Source: Trichosphaerium sp. ATCC 40318
Taxonomy: Eukaryota; Protista; Tubulinea
Length of the DNA: 64,000 bases
Reading direction: 5' to 3'
NCBI GenBank assembly: GCA_038496445.1
Contig: JALMLS010000589.1
Coordinates: 1-64,000, forward strand
Position 1 is the stretch's first letter; each line of letters opens with the position of its first letter. Positions 14,255 to 25,406 of this stretch are shown here, piece after piece. Below the pieces are notes generated by a model. The model did not search any database. It was given only the letters and a program-made list of their open reading frames with translations, and was not told the origin of the DNA. A program made the position numbers and the translations under genes.

Positions 14255-15575
14255 TTACAGTATTGTACAACCACGTTTTCTTTTTCCACCAGATGTTTTT
14301 GTCTTTCCACCTGCTGGTGCATTTTCTGCCTCCTCAGCTGCTTTTGCTCTATATTTATCGATGACACGCACTAATTCATAGTATGTTTCTTGCACTGTGG
14401 AGAGACAGTCAGTAAAACATACGAATTTTAAAAAAAAAGCAGAAAAAAGCACGAACCGTTTATGCATGTTTTTGCTGATGCCTCGAAGAAAGGACAACTC
14501 AATTCATCTTTAGCTAATGCTTCTCCTTCTTCTTTACTTACATCCCTGTTCTCTTCTAAAAAAAAAAGTAAGAAGGAGAAGCAGAGAAGCAAAAAAACTG
14601 TTTCTTCGCTTACCCAAATCGCATTTGTTTCCTACTAAGATACAAGGACAAGAATCTTCTTCCTTAACACGAAGAATTTGCTGATAGAACTACAATAGGT
14701 TTAATATAACAAAAACGTAAATCACGTGTCAAAAAAATAAAACGTTTCACGTGGGAAGGTGAGCGGTAAAAAACTCGTAAAGGTCTTTTTTGTACGTACC
14801 TCACTGATACGTTCGTATGAGCTCTTTGTATCAATAGAATAGACGAGAACAAATCCTTCGCCTTGTCTAGAAAGAATTTTAACAAAACGACCCTAAAAGA
14901 AACCTGTGCATGACAACAGCGTTCAGTTGTGGATTTGTGTTGCGCACGTTTTTTTTGAAAAAAACACAACAAACCAAGTTTGAAGCCCTTTGCTGCTTGC
15001 GTACCTTAGGTATTGATCGCGCATAGCTGCATATTCCTCTTGACCTGCTGTATCCATAATATCCAAAGTAATAGCACGACCATCTACAGTAACTTGCTTT
15101 CTAATTTAAAATTGTTACAACCAGGAGGTTCAAACGAAGAAAAGAAGAGTTTATTGTTCTCTTTACGGTATTGTGTTCGAACAAAAAAGGTTTATGCGTT
15201 ATTATACTACGCTAGTAGCCGCAGGAAGTAATATTTTGCTATCATAACGAACAGAGGCCGTTTTAAAGGGCGAGAAAAAGAAAAGTTTCAAAAAAGTAGT
15301 ACCTGTAGCTGTTTTCAATCGTTGGATCTATCACGTGTTACAAAACGTTTTTATAGTATTTGGGTTTATAAAAATAAGCGTACCATACTCATGTACGAAA
15401 TAATTTTGTGTTAGTCGGATTGTAAGACTACTCTTTCCTACCTTCGACGGAGTTAGTTTTTTCTCTTTTGTAATTTACCAAACAGAAAAAAAACTGTTTT
15501 CTCTTTCTACTCGTTACGTACACCGCCTTCTCCAACTACAACGAGTTTATATATGGATGTGTCTGTGCCTGCCAT
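14255..15575 (-). CDS. Ras family small GTPase
   Basis: [52 protein letters not shown] and EASAK; C-terminal polybasic stretch plus CAAX (KRKRGCTIL). Confidence 0.95.
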
Positions 15576-16003
15576 GTTTTTTAATACGTAGTTCAACTGT
15601 GTTGCTGGTGTGATGCTAAACTTAAAAACTAAAAAAAATTTGTTAGGCTAATATTTCGTTGAATTCTAAAAATATAACGTCATTGGCAGTCATTTACTCG
15701 TTTACTTCAAGGAGAGGTATACTGCGAAATCGTCATACTGACTGCAATAAATATTTTATGATATTCTCAAACCTAATGACACAACGTGCTTTCGGACCGT
15801 CACGTGTGCACAAAGCACTTTTTGAGGACAATAACTGTGTTTTCTAAACAGTTTTTATGGATAGCGGTCTAGCGTCGCATAAGGAATACAATAGCGACTA
15901 CAACAGAATGGTAATTAACCGTTTATTGTTGTATATGTGTCCTACTGGAACGTTGAGTGCCGTGTTCGCTTAGATTCGCGTAGGTACTTGTTTCTTCGTT
16001 TTT

Positions 16004-16419
16004 CTACTTGCTTTTAGACCATAGGCGTATAAACTCCTCTTTGGATAACTCCTTATCCTTACTGGAATCTAATTTAAGCATCATGATCTATTATAATAGC
16101 CGTCAGTTAGTAGTCTGACGAAAACTAAACTTTTTTTTCTGTTTGACAAGCGGTTTCGTTTCTATTCACAATTAAAGATCGGTACTACTCGTACCCTCGC
16201 CATTGTTTTAGCTTGGCTCTGGGTGTATCCAGTTGCTACAAGAAAATCTTGTAGTTCGCCTGAATCAATGGTACCACTATTATCCTATCACGTGATTAAT
16301 AAACAATCTAGTGCGCTTTCCCGTTTTACAAAATGGGTTTTTTTAGTTTTGTTTTCTTGTTGTTGTACCTTATCGAACCTTGCGAATACTTCAGCTATTT
16401 TTTGTTCTGTTACAGACAT
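16004..16419 (-). CDS. Small two-EF-hand calcium-binding protein (3 exons)
   Basis: MSVTEQKIAEVFARFDK|DNSGTIDSGELQDFL...|IMMLKLDSSKDKELSKEEFIRLWSKSK*; the first EF loop is canonical. Confidence 0.8.
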
Positions 16420-17010
16420 TGCGTGTCGATAATGGCTTTCGTCGATTTAACTTAGTTGACCAAAGTTCTTATCTGTTTTTCCAGTACTACGATACCTGGA
16501 GACAAGTGTTGGGCAGCAATTATGTTTGTTATGGTAATTAGGTGGTTTGTTTTTATCTAGTGTTTCGACAAAATTACAACGTTTATTCGTGTCATTGATT
16601 ATTTCATGACGGGCATTTTGCAAGTGTTAATCAATAGTATCCTATTTCAAAGATGTTGGACAGTAGTTGTGATCTGCCGAAGCTTGAAACAAATAACTCC
16701 CTGATCAGTGCATCCAGATGATAAACGCCTTATGCAGCTCTCATTAATTGATGGTTTGCTTACCGTTTAATACTTTCACATTATTTCTTGCAAATTTGGG
16801 ACAGCGGTAGCAGAAAGGACGCGCAACAGACTATGTTGAAGTACGTTTATGGTAAAAAACTTACAATAACTTTCTATCATTCAATGATTTTGCTCAACTT
16901 AAATCACAGCTTTAACCACTGTTACAACGAGGGGTGAATCATATCTTCAATGATAACATTACGATAAATCATACCAATACCCTGTGCTTTTATCTTTCCA
17001 CTAGCAAATA

Positions 17011-17838
17011 ATGGACAATTGCAGCGCAATCTTTGATATTGAAACAAGCACGTGCTTTGAGGAGATGCCTGTGGAAGTCATTGTTCACATTCTACAGTTT
17101 GTTCCAACTGAAGCAATGCACTCAGTTGTACACACGTGTAAATTACTGTCGACTATTGCGACAAAACACTTGGAGTACAGTGACAATGGAAGAGAAATCA
17201 TAGTAAAATCAGGAAGATATCTCAAGACTTTATTCAAAACTGCACCTTATCTCATCAGAAAATGTACTCTATCTATTCCATTCAAACTCAATCAAAAGCA
17301 TTTAAAGTACTTACAAGGAGTGTACAACCTCAACTTACAACATAATATTTCAAAGAGTATTGACTTTACAGACTTTGAAATAATGACAAAGAGTATTAAC
17401 CTCGGATCAATGAGTTCAATCACTGACGAGCATCTTAAACAACTCTCAGGATGTGGTATTAAAAAGATCTGTCTACGTTGTACAAAGGTGACCGATGAAG
17501 GTGTGAGAGCTTTATCTGGTATTCATACAATTGATCTTACTTCCACTTCAGTTACAGATTATGGTATCAAAGCATTAGCTGGTGTTCATACAATCAACCT
17601 TGAAAAGACAAATGTAACTGATGAAGGTTTAAAGTCATTGGCTGGCGTTCATACCATAGATTTATCATACTGTAAACATGTGACAGATGAAGGTATTAAA
17701 GCTTTATCAGGTGTTCATACAATCAGTTTAAAGTACAATTGCAATGTGACAGATGAAGGCGTAATGGCACTTAAAGGTGCCACTTTTGTTGTTTTGACAC
17801 ATTGTCCTCGGGTTAAGCTTGTACATAAAATAATTTGA
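17011..17838 (+). CDS. Intronless F-box/LRR protein (locus B)
   Basis: F-box-like FEEMPVEVIVHILQFV...VCKLL followed by GVHTIxLxx(C)xxVTDEG repeats; 275-aa uninterrupted ORF. Confidence 0.85.
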   Translation: MDNCSAIFDIETSTCFEEMPVEVIVHILQFVPTEAMHSVVHTCKLLSTIATKHLEYSDNGREIIVKSGRYLKTLFKTAPYLIRKCTLSIPFKLNQKHLKYLQGVYNLNLQHNISKSIDFTDFEIMTKSINLGSMSSITDEHLKQLSGCGIKKICLRCTKVTDEGVRALSGIHTIDLTSTSVTDYGIKALAGVHTINLEKTNVTDEGLKSLAGVHTIDLSYCKHVTDEGIKALSGVHTISLKYNCNVTDEGVMALKGATFVVLTHCPRVKLVHKII

Positions 17839-17925
17839 TCTCATTTGGCTGGTTTTAGTTTTGACTAAAGATTGACTAACAGTAGTCGCTGAGGGTCATC
17901 CTATTGAATGCATTTCAGTTACCCC

Positions 17926-18849
17926 TTACCCTGTATACACTTTAGTTCCCTTTAAATCTTTAGCGACTCCTCTAGTAGCTTTACTTTTGAAGGCGTAAAT
18001 ATAGGATGCACCAACAAGTGCTCTTATGCCTTTATCAGTCACTGAAGTGTTATTGAGGTGAATAGTATGAACTCCAGCAAGTGCTTTGACGCCTTTATCT
18101 GTTACTGAAGTGCATGTGAGGCCAATGGTGTGTACTCCCTTCAGTGCTTTAACACCTTCATCAGTTACTGAAGTGTTATTGAGGTGAATGGAATGCACTC
18201 CTACAAGCGCTATAACACCTTCATCTGTCACTGAGGTCTTTGTGAGATGAATGCAATGAACTCCTTTAAGTGCTTTTATACCTTCATCAGTTACTGAAGT
18301 GTGAGCAAGATTAATAGTATGGACTCCCTTGAGTGCTTTAATACCTTCATCAGTTACTGAAGTGCAAATAAGGAAAATTGTATGAACTCCTTTTAGTGCT
18401 TTTATACCTTCGTCAGTAACTAAAGTTTCACTAAGGTTAATAGTATGAACTCCAGCAAGCGCTTTAATGCCATTGTCAGTTACTGAAGTGTTACCAAGGT
18501 CAATGGTATGAACTCCAGCAAGTGCTTTGACGCCTTCGTCAGTCGCTAAAGTATTGGGAAGGTAAATCTTGTGAACACCAGCAAATAGTTTGATAATGTT
18601 ATCGTCGAAACGACGTCCTTTAAACGTGATTTTTGTGTATTTAAGAACACCAGCATATTTCGCAGCTGATTTTGCTTGAGTTGGCGTTTTAATCGTAATA
18701 GCGTGGTATCCAATAACATCATGAACGATAGAAGCAAGCAAACGACACGTTTGACAAGCTGCAAAGCGCGATTTGGTTGTATGACGCAAGATGTGCACTA
18801 CAATCTCTGTAGGAAGCCACGGCGAACTCTGGTTTGACACGGGAAGCAT
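17926..18849 (-). CDS. Intronless F-box/LRR protein (locus C)
   Basis: Likely start ATG at 18849 (MLPVSNQSSPWLPTEIVVHILR...CQTCRLL); nine 21-aa LRRs; C-terminal cap GASYIYAF...KGTKVYTG. Confidence 0.88.
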   Translation of the reverse strand: MLPVSNQSSPWLPTEIVVHILRHTTKSRFAACQTCRLLASIVHDVIGYHAITIKTPTQAKSAAKYAGVLKYTKITFKGRRFDDNIIKLFAGVHKIYLPNTLATDEGVKALAGVHTIDLGNTSVTDNGIKALAGVHTINLSETLVTDEGIKALKGVHTIFLICTSVTDEGIKALKGVHTINLAHTSVTDEGIKALKGVHCIHLTKTSVTDEGVIALVGVHSIHLNNTSVTDEGVKALKGVHTIGLTCTSVTDKGVKALAGVHTIHLNNTSVTDKGIRALVGASYIYAFKSKATRGVAKDLKGTKVYTG

Positions 18850-18938
18850 ATCAGCTGTAGGCAGTAACACTGGTACGAGGAAATTAAAGTCAACCTTGTT
18901 ATTTCCGCTTTTTGTCAAAAAAACCGTTAACTCCAACA

Positions 18939-21900
18939 ATGCGGTTGTTGGTTTATGCTGTTTTCTTTGTTTTATATTATGGGCTTGTATCGTGTGCCTG
19001 TTATGATTTAGGATACGAGCAAGTAAGGTTTTAATCAATGATACTCTCTTAAAGCGTCTCTAGATGAACGGACCTACCTCCAGAGATGATTTCCAAGCGT
19101 GGATAACAAGTTTAGTGCTAGTCTTACGTAATACTTGACTGTTAACTCTTTATCTTTTGATCTAGAGCTTAGAGACTACAGAGAAAAGGAAATTATCGCT
19201 ATTGGATTCAACGATACGTTTTACGACATACCACAGATTCAATGGACACAAAAAGCCTTCATACAACCCCAAATGATGTCCCATGAACGTTATTTTTACG
19301 ACACAAGTACGTATAGTATACAACCTAGTTTTAGCCTGAAAAGTTTTCCTTTTGTAGCTACACGTGCTTATACTGTTGACAAATACTTGGACGACTTGAA
19401 TGATCGGTATGGTGGTATAGACGCTGTTCTAATATGGCCTACTTATCCCAGTACAATACTATTATGTCCTGTAGCATTGGGTGACATGTTTTTGCCTTAG
19501 ATATTGGTACTGATGATCGAAACCAATACGACTTGATTCGCTCAATGCCTGGTTACCCTGATAAACTACGCGATGCTGTAAATCAGTTTCATAGTCATGG
19601 CGTACGTGTTTTATTCCCATACAATCCATGGGATAAAGGAACACGTGAAGAAGGAGTACCAGATTGGGTAGCAACTGCTCAAGTGTTAAAAGAAATAAAT
19701 GCGGATGGATTCAATGGTGACACTATGGGTGACATTCCAGAAGACTTTTTTCAACAAGGCATAAAGCACGTGACTTCTAAAAATAGTTGCTACTAAATTC
19801 TAATAACTTTAAAGAGAGGGACATCCTATTGTATTAGAAGCAGAAGACCAAGGCAAGCCATCAATTAACCTTATTTGGCAGACATACGGATGGGGATACT
19901 GGTAAGTGCTTTTTGTTCTTCCTTTCTTAGTTTGTTCTGACTTTTTTTTGGCTTCTAGGAGTTATCCTACAATACCTTGTGTATCTACTTTGAAGTGGAT
20001 TGCTCGTAAGCATGTTACGAATGTATGCAATAGATGGAGTACAGATCATACCGATGATCTACAGTTTGCGTTCTTTAACGGCGTCGGTTATGAAAGTTGG
20101 GAAAATGTTTGGGGTATTTGGAACCAAATGGTACCTAGGGATGCTCAAGCACTTAAACGTATTGCTTCAATTCTTCGGTTCTTTGGAACAGATTTTACAA
20201 CACAGAAATGGACACCTCATACACCAGAAGTCATACAAGGTTCGAGGATTTAAATCATTTACAACACAGTTCTTTTCTTTCTCTTAACTAAAGTTGCTAG
20301 ATATGATTTTCGCTTCAAAATTTCAAACTTCCAATGCATCTATTTGGACAATAGTTAACAGATCTTCGAAAAATATGACAGGCGATCAATTGAGAATAAA
20401 AAGAGAAGGAAATACTCGCTATTTCGATGTGTACCATGGTGTAGAACTACAACCAAAACAAGACGGAGAAAATTACATTCTCAGCTTTGATATTGAAGAC
20501 AATGGCTTTGGTGCCGTCTATGCTACATCAACGCCTATAAGTAATACGTTCACTTCTTTTTTGAGCACAATGAAAGACTTGACAAGACATGCGCTTGGCT
20601 ACTATTCCAAAGAATGGACTGTTTTAGAACAAAAAATGATTCCTATTCTTCCTACTCCAGGAGTGCGTTTACTACACTACTGGCGTTACTCTAATATCTA
20701 TTGTTAGGTTTTAAGCGAGCCTACAGGAATGATTAAAATACCTAGCGGACAATTTAACTTTACAGTCAAAGGGATAGAAATTGAAGGTGCTTTCAACTTC
20801 TTTTCAGCACATTTTTAACACCTTTTATTTCATAGGGTATTATCCTAAAGGTGTTGATTTTCAGTATCCGTGGGAATCTTATCCTAGAAGACAACATTCT
20901 AATACTATGACTGTCAAGGAGTTCTTCATTGATAAGTATCCTGTCACAAACAAGAATTTTGAAACTTTCTTGAAGCAAACCAAGTATCAACCGGAAGATA
21001 AAAAAAACTATCTTCGTGATTGGAATGAAAACAACGGAAGTTTTCCTTTAGGTTGGGATAATAAACCAGTAACATGGATTTCATTAGAAGAAGCAAATCT
21101 TTACTGTATAAGTAGGACACCAAAGGCGAGGTACCCAAAAGAATTTTGTTTACTGTTTCCAAGTGCTTGTCGTTTTCGTTTCAAAATCTCTTCGTTTCTT
21201 CTATAATAACTTGTCTCTATAGATTACCTAATGAATGGGAATGGCAATATGCAGCTCAAGGATTAGACGGAAGGATATACCCATGGGGGAACACGTGGAC
21301 CCCAAGTATGTTGTTTTTTATTTTAGTTAAGCAGTGATTTTATGTACTTAACGCCTTAACAGGTAACGTTCCTGTACCCGATAAAGGTGGTAAAATGCGT
21401 GGTCCTGATGACGTAGATGCTCATATAGAAGGTGCATCACCATTTGGTGTAATGGATATGACAGGAAACGTATATCATTGGTATGTTGGTAAATGTCATT
21501 ATTTCTAATCGTGAACAAGGACAAATAAATTTTGTGATGAGCACACGTGCGCAGCAGTAATTCGCGGAGGAAACTATTATACACCATTGGGTATGTTTAA
21601 AACTATTTATTCCGCACTATTTTATTGCTCTCTCTTTGTACGATTCTGAGAACTAGTACTTTCTTCTTATGTCAGGTGAAACTTTACTTCGTGTATCAGT
21701 CAAATTACGCTGGCTTCAAAAAAACCCCAACTGTACCCTCTTTCATTTCTGAGCCCAAAGTCAACGCTTTCAAACAACCATCTGAATTTTCCTGAAGCCA
21801 TAAATGCATTGAATTTACTGCCTTCAACAGCAAAAACAACCGTGTTTGAAATGTAGCTACAAACAAGTGGTGTTTTGTTTCAAAGTAGTGGATATTCATC

Positions 21901-22040
21901 TTTCTAATTTAAAGCTAGGTTCAAGCTGGTACCAACCGCAGAGTTATAGTTTATTGGAGCACACTAAATATTTACTAATGTCACCGAGTCTGGATAGATC
22001 TGGCGGAATAGGGTTTAGATGTGTTGTTGATAGTAACTAA
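18939..22040 (+). CDS. Secreted protein with an N-terminal glycosidase-like region and a C-terminal FGE-sulfatase (SUMF1/EgtB/PvdO) domain
   Basis: Signal peptide MRLLVYAVFFVLYYGLVSCA; YGGIDAVLIWPTYP, ADGFNGDT, GYESWENVWG; FGE motifs FFIDKYPVTN, RLPNEWEWQYAAQG, YPWGN, SPFGVMDMTGNV and IGFRC. Confidence 0.85.
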
Positions 22041-22115
22041 TAAACAAAATCATGTCAAACATTTTTCAATTGAAGTTATCCTCCTTTTCTATTTCTAGGA
22101 GGTATTACTGATGCA

Positions 22116-22465
22116 TTACTGTGATAAAACTGCTTTGAAACTTGAGGACAATGTGTAAAACCGATGTGATAAATCTATGGTATGAACGCCAGCCAATGAC
22201 TTTAAACCTTCATCAGTTACATTTGTCTTTTCAAGGTTGATTGTATGAACACCAGCCAATGCTTTGATACCATAATCTGTAACTGAAGTGGAAGTAAGAT
22301 CAATTGTATGAATACCAGATAAAGCTCTCACCTTCATCGCTCACCTTTGTACAACGCAGACAGATCTTTTTAATACCACATCCTGAGAGTTGTTTAAGAT
22401 GATCGTCAGTGACTGAACTCATTGATCCGAGGTTAATACTCTTTGTCATTATTTCAAAATCTGTC
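22116..22465 (-). pseudogene. Inverted partial duplicate of F-box/LRR locus B (locus D)
   Basis: The reverse complement is near-identical to about 17368-17667, with a 2-bp deletion (gtgtgaga>gtgaga), then jumps to B's terminal ACACATTGTCCTC, skipping about two repeats. No F-box. Confidence 0.9.
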
Positions 22466-22606
22466 AAAAGACGCTAAGTACTGTTTGGTAGTCAATGCCT
22501 TAAAACGTCGATAGGAGGCTTAAATTAAACGGAAAAAAATACTGATGACATCACCAGCCAAAAGCGAAATAATGGCCATCAGCTCTGGTACATTATAAAA
22601 CCTAAG

Positions 22607-22968
22607 ATGGTATATACAAATCATCGATGGATCAGTACTGAGGTAGCATATTGGCACCTACGACTACTGCTATTTTTATAAATTCTTCGTTAATAGTGTT
22701 GTAGGTGGATGAGTACAGCAACGCAGTGAGATTCTTGTCAAACTTGTTCATGCGACACGAACCAATACTAAGCGATATAAACTACACAGTTCGTATTGTT
22801 GTAAGAAACGCAAAAGCCAATCCAAGGTTGTTCCGCTTAAGGTTATTGAAGCAAGAAGGTGATGTAGAACGCTGTTATTTATTATTTCAAACGTTTCTAG
22901 ATGATACAGAACGTGGTGGACATCCCATCAACAAATTTCCTTTGCCAACATTGTCTAAAGTCGGTTAG
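22607..22968 (+). CDS. Small hypothetical protein (2 exons)
   Basis: MVYTNHRWISTE|VDEYSNAVRFL... joined in phase 0 across a GT-AG intron at about 22643-22704. Confidence 0.4.
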
Positions 22969-23095
22969 TTGATAGAAAAGAGGAGACAAAGTGCAATAAC
23001 TCTAACTAGTGTTTATTAAATACACAAACTTGCCCCATTTACTGTAACTTTACATTAGTAGTTAAAAACTATGTATTTTTGCCCCGATAAGTGCT

Positions 23096-24241
23096 TTAAT
23101 ACCTTCTGAGGTGAATCTTATGAACTCCAACAAGTGCTTTAATACCTTCATCTGTTACTGAAGTATTTTCGAGGTTAATCCTATGAACTCCAGCGAGTGC
23201 TCTAATGCCTTTGTCAGTCACTGAAGTGTTATTGAGGTTAATAGTATGAACTCCAGCAAGTGCTTTAATACCTTCATCAGTCACTGAAGTATTTTCGAGG
23301 TTAATCCTATGAACTCCAGCGAGTGCTCTAGCGCCTTCATCAGTTATTAAAGTGTTATCAAGGTCAATTATATGAACTCCAGCAAGTGCTTTAATGCCTT
23401 CATCAGTTACTGAAGTGTTACCAAGGTCAATAGTATGAACTCCACCAAGTGCTTTAACGCCTTTGTCAGTTACTGAAGTGTGACAAAGGCCAATAGTATG
23501 AACTCCACCAAGTGCTTTAATACCTTCATCAGTTGCTGAAGTGCCATTGAGGCGAATGGTATGAACTCCAGCGAGTGCTTTAACGCCTTTATCAGTTACT
23601 GAAGTGTTATTGAGGTGAATGGTATGAACTCCAGCGAGTGCTTTAATGCCTTCATTAGTTACTGAAGTGTTAGCAACGTGAATAGTATGAACACCAACAA
23701 GTGCTTTAATACCTTCATCAGTTACTGAAGTGTTACAAAGGTCAATAGTATGGACACCAGCAAGTGCTTTAACGCTTTCGTCAGTTGCTGAAGTGCGACA
23801 AAGGTCAATAGTATGGACACCCTTCAGTGCTATAACGCCTTTGTCAGTTACTGAAGTGTTATAGAGGGATATAGTATGAACTCCAGCAAGTGCTTTAACG
23901 CCTTCGTCAGTTACTGAAGTGTTATTGAGGGAAATAGTACGAACTCCAGCAAATGCTTTGACAGTGTTGTCATAAAAATAAGATACTGAGATTTTTGTGT
24001 ATTTAAGAATCCCAGGATGTTTTACAGCTGATTTTGCTTGAGTTGGCGTTTTAATCGTAATAGCGTGGTATCCAATAACATCGTGAATAATAGAAGCAAG
24101 CAAATGACATGTCTGACAAGCTGCAAATCGCGATTTGGTCGTTTGACGTAAGATATGCGCTAATATCTCTGTCGGTAGCTGTAACAAACTTGTGCTGGTG
24201 GTACTGTCAATTCTACAACCCTTTGAGGTAGAAAGCATCAT
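23096..24241 (-). CDS. Intronless F-box/LRR protein (locus E), 13 full repeats, C-terminal cap lost by a small deletion
   Basis: LLQLPTEILAHILRQTTKSRFAACQTCHLL then 63-nt tandem LRR units. The last unit reads CACCTCA|GAAGGTATTAAAGCA (about 20 nt missing), leaving the cap homologue (GCACTTATCGGGGCAAAA...) out of frame at about 23040-23095. Confidence 0.9.
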   Translation of the reverse strand: MMLSTSKGCRIDSTTSTSLLQLPTEILAHILRQTTKSRFAACQTCHLLASIIHDVIGYHAITIKTPTQAKSAVKHPGILKYTKISVSYFYDNTVKAFAGVRTISLNNTSVTDEGVKALAGVHTISLYNTSVTDKGVIALKGVHTIDLCRTSATDESVKALAGVHTIDLCNTSVTDEGIKALVGVHTIHVANTSVTNEGIKALAGVHTIHLNNTSVTDKGVKALAGVHTIRLNGTSATDEGIKALGGVHTIGLCHTSVTDKGVKALGGVHTIDLGNTSVTDEGIKALAGVHIIDLDNTLITDEGARALAGVHRINLENTSVTDEGIKALAGVHTINLNNTSVTDKGIRALAGVHRINLENTSVTDEGIKALVGVHKIHLRRY

Positions 24242-24319
24242 ATCGTCTATATTTGTCTAATTAATAACAGCTAGCCTTGATAGAGGAACCCACAACGTTG
24301 AAAGTAAGTATAACAGCTG

Positions 24320-24346
24320 TTTTATTACGAATTTAAGTCACGTGAT
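24320..24346 (-). promoter_or_regulatory. Upstream element shared with F-box/LRR locus G (contains CACGTG)
   Basis: ATCACGTGACTTAAATTC(G/T)TAATAAAA occurs upstream of locus E here and at 44773-44799 upstream of locus G, 26/27 identical. Confidence 0.5.
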
Positions 24347-24474
24347 ACTGCGGTGTGCTAAAATGTAGAAAAAAAGTGGAAAAAAAGTGATATGAACTGT
24401 TCGCTAGTGGTTGAAAGTTAACGGCTCGGCTCTAAATGACTTTTCAAACAAAAACTCTATTTAACTGGCTAACC

Positions 24475-24751
24475 TAGCGATGTTCCAAACGGATAGATTG
24501 CAAAATTCGTATTTGAACCAAATTTTCTTGGTTTATTCGAATATATTCTCGCTTTTTTTGTGGTGAGATAAAACGGCACATCCGTATTGCTGTCCTGAAC
24601 CCATTTTTTTACATCCGAACACGTCTGATACTTTTTTTTAATAGAGCAAGTGAATAGATAAAACTACAAAATTGTGTTAAAATATGTTTTACTTCCAACT
24701 TTTTACGTTCTGGCGATAGATTCGGTATTCTATTCGTTTGGAACATCGCTA
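24475..24751. mobile_element. 277-bp hAT-type MITE nested in the hAT element
   Basis: Terminal inverted repeats TAGCGATGTTCCAAACG(G/A)ATAGA; perfect 8-bp TSD GGCTAACC at 24467-24474 and 24752-24759. Confidence 0.93.
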
Positions 24752-24797
24752 GGCTAACCGGCTCCAAATTGTTACAATAAAACACGTGTTTGGAAAT

Positions 24798-25406
24798 TTA
24801 TTTGTAGTTTATGTAGTCTAAGTACTTAGCATTAACTGCAGCACAAACTTGCAGTTCTAGAGATTTTGTACTCAGACTAGTACGTTTGCTTGTCATCACA
24901 ATAGAACCACGAGAAAATACTCTCTCAACTGTTGCGGAACTTGCTGGCATTCCTAAGTACACTCTAGGCAAAGCTGAAAGGAGAAAGTAAGAACGGTTGC
25001 CACGCCACCATGTTAATGGACACTGGTTTAAGGCAAGTGCAGGCATCCGTCTGTATTGCTTCAGTTCTTTGGCAATCTAAGAAAAAAAGAAAATAAAAGT
25101 TCTCGAAAAAAAAAAAGAATCCGAGGATCAAGAGCGGAAGCAACATGTTACTTGCCATGGTTTTGATCTTCGTAGAACCCATCTCAGTAACAAATTGTCT
25201 AAGCGCACTTGATCTTCATGCAATAGCGTAGGGTTTGCTTTGAATCCCATTGAGGTAAGCGATAGTTGTTTCAGCTGGGCTTTTGATCCATCGTTTAAGC
25301 ACAATTTACAAACTTGTAAATGCTTGCGAAGTGTATCAGTGCTGGAGTTGCGACTGAATGGTGCTTGACAATAGGCACAAGAAACCTTATCAGGCGAGTC
25401 TATCAT
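24798..25406 (-). pseudogene. hAT transposase remnant: BED zinc finger and C-terminal dimerisation domain, catalytic core deleted
   Basis: CAYCQAPFSRNSSTDTLRKHLQVC (zf-BED) and PLTWW...YLGMPASSATVERVFSRGSIVMTSKRTSLS (hAT dimerisation motif). Confidence 0.88.

Noticed and set aside
18850-19038. N-terminal extension of ORF 17926-19038
   Set aside because: It starts at a non-ATG codon and is antisense to the signal-peptide exon of the FGE-domain gene; paralogs start just before the F-box.
23096-23960. CRISPR array or complete diversity-generating retroelement
   Set aside because: The repeats are in-frame 63-nt protein-coding units without unique spacers; no cas gene, reverse transcriptase or template repeat is visible in the window.
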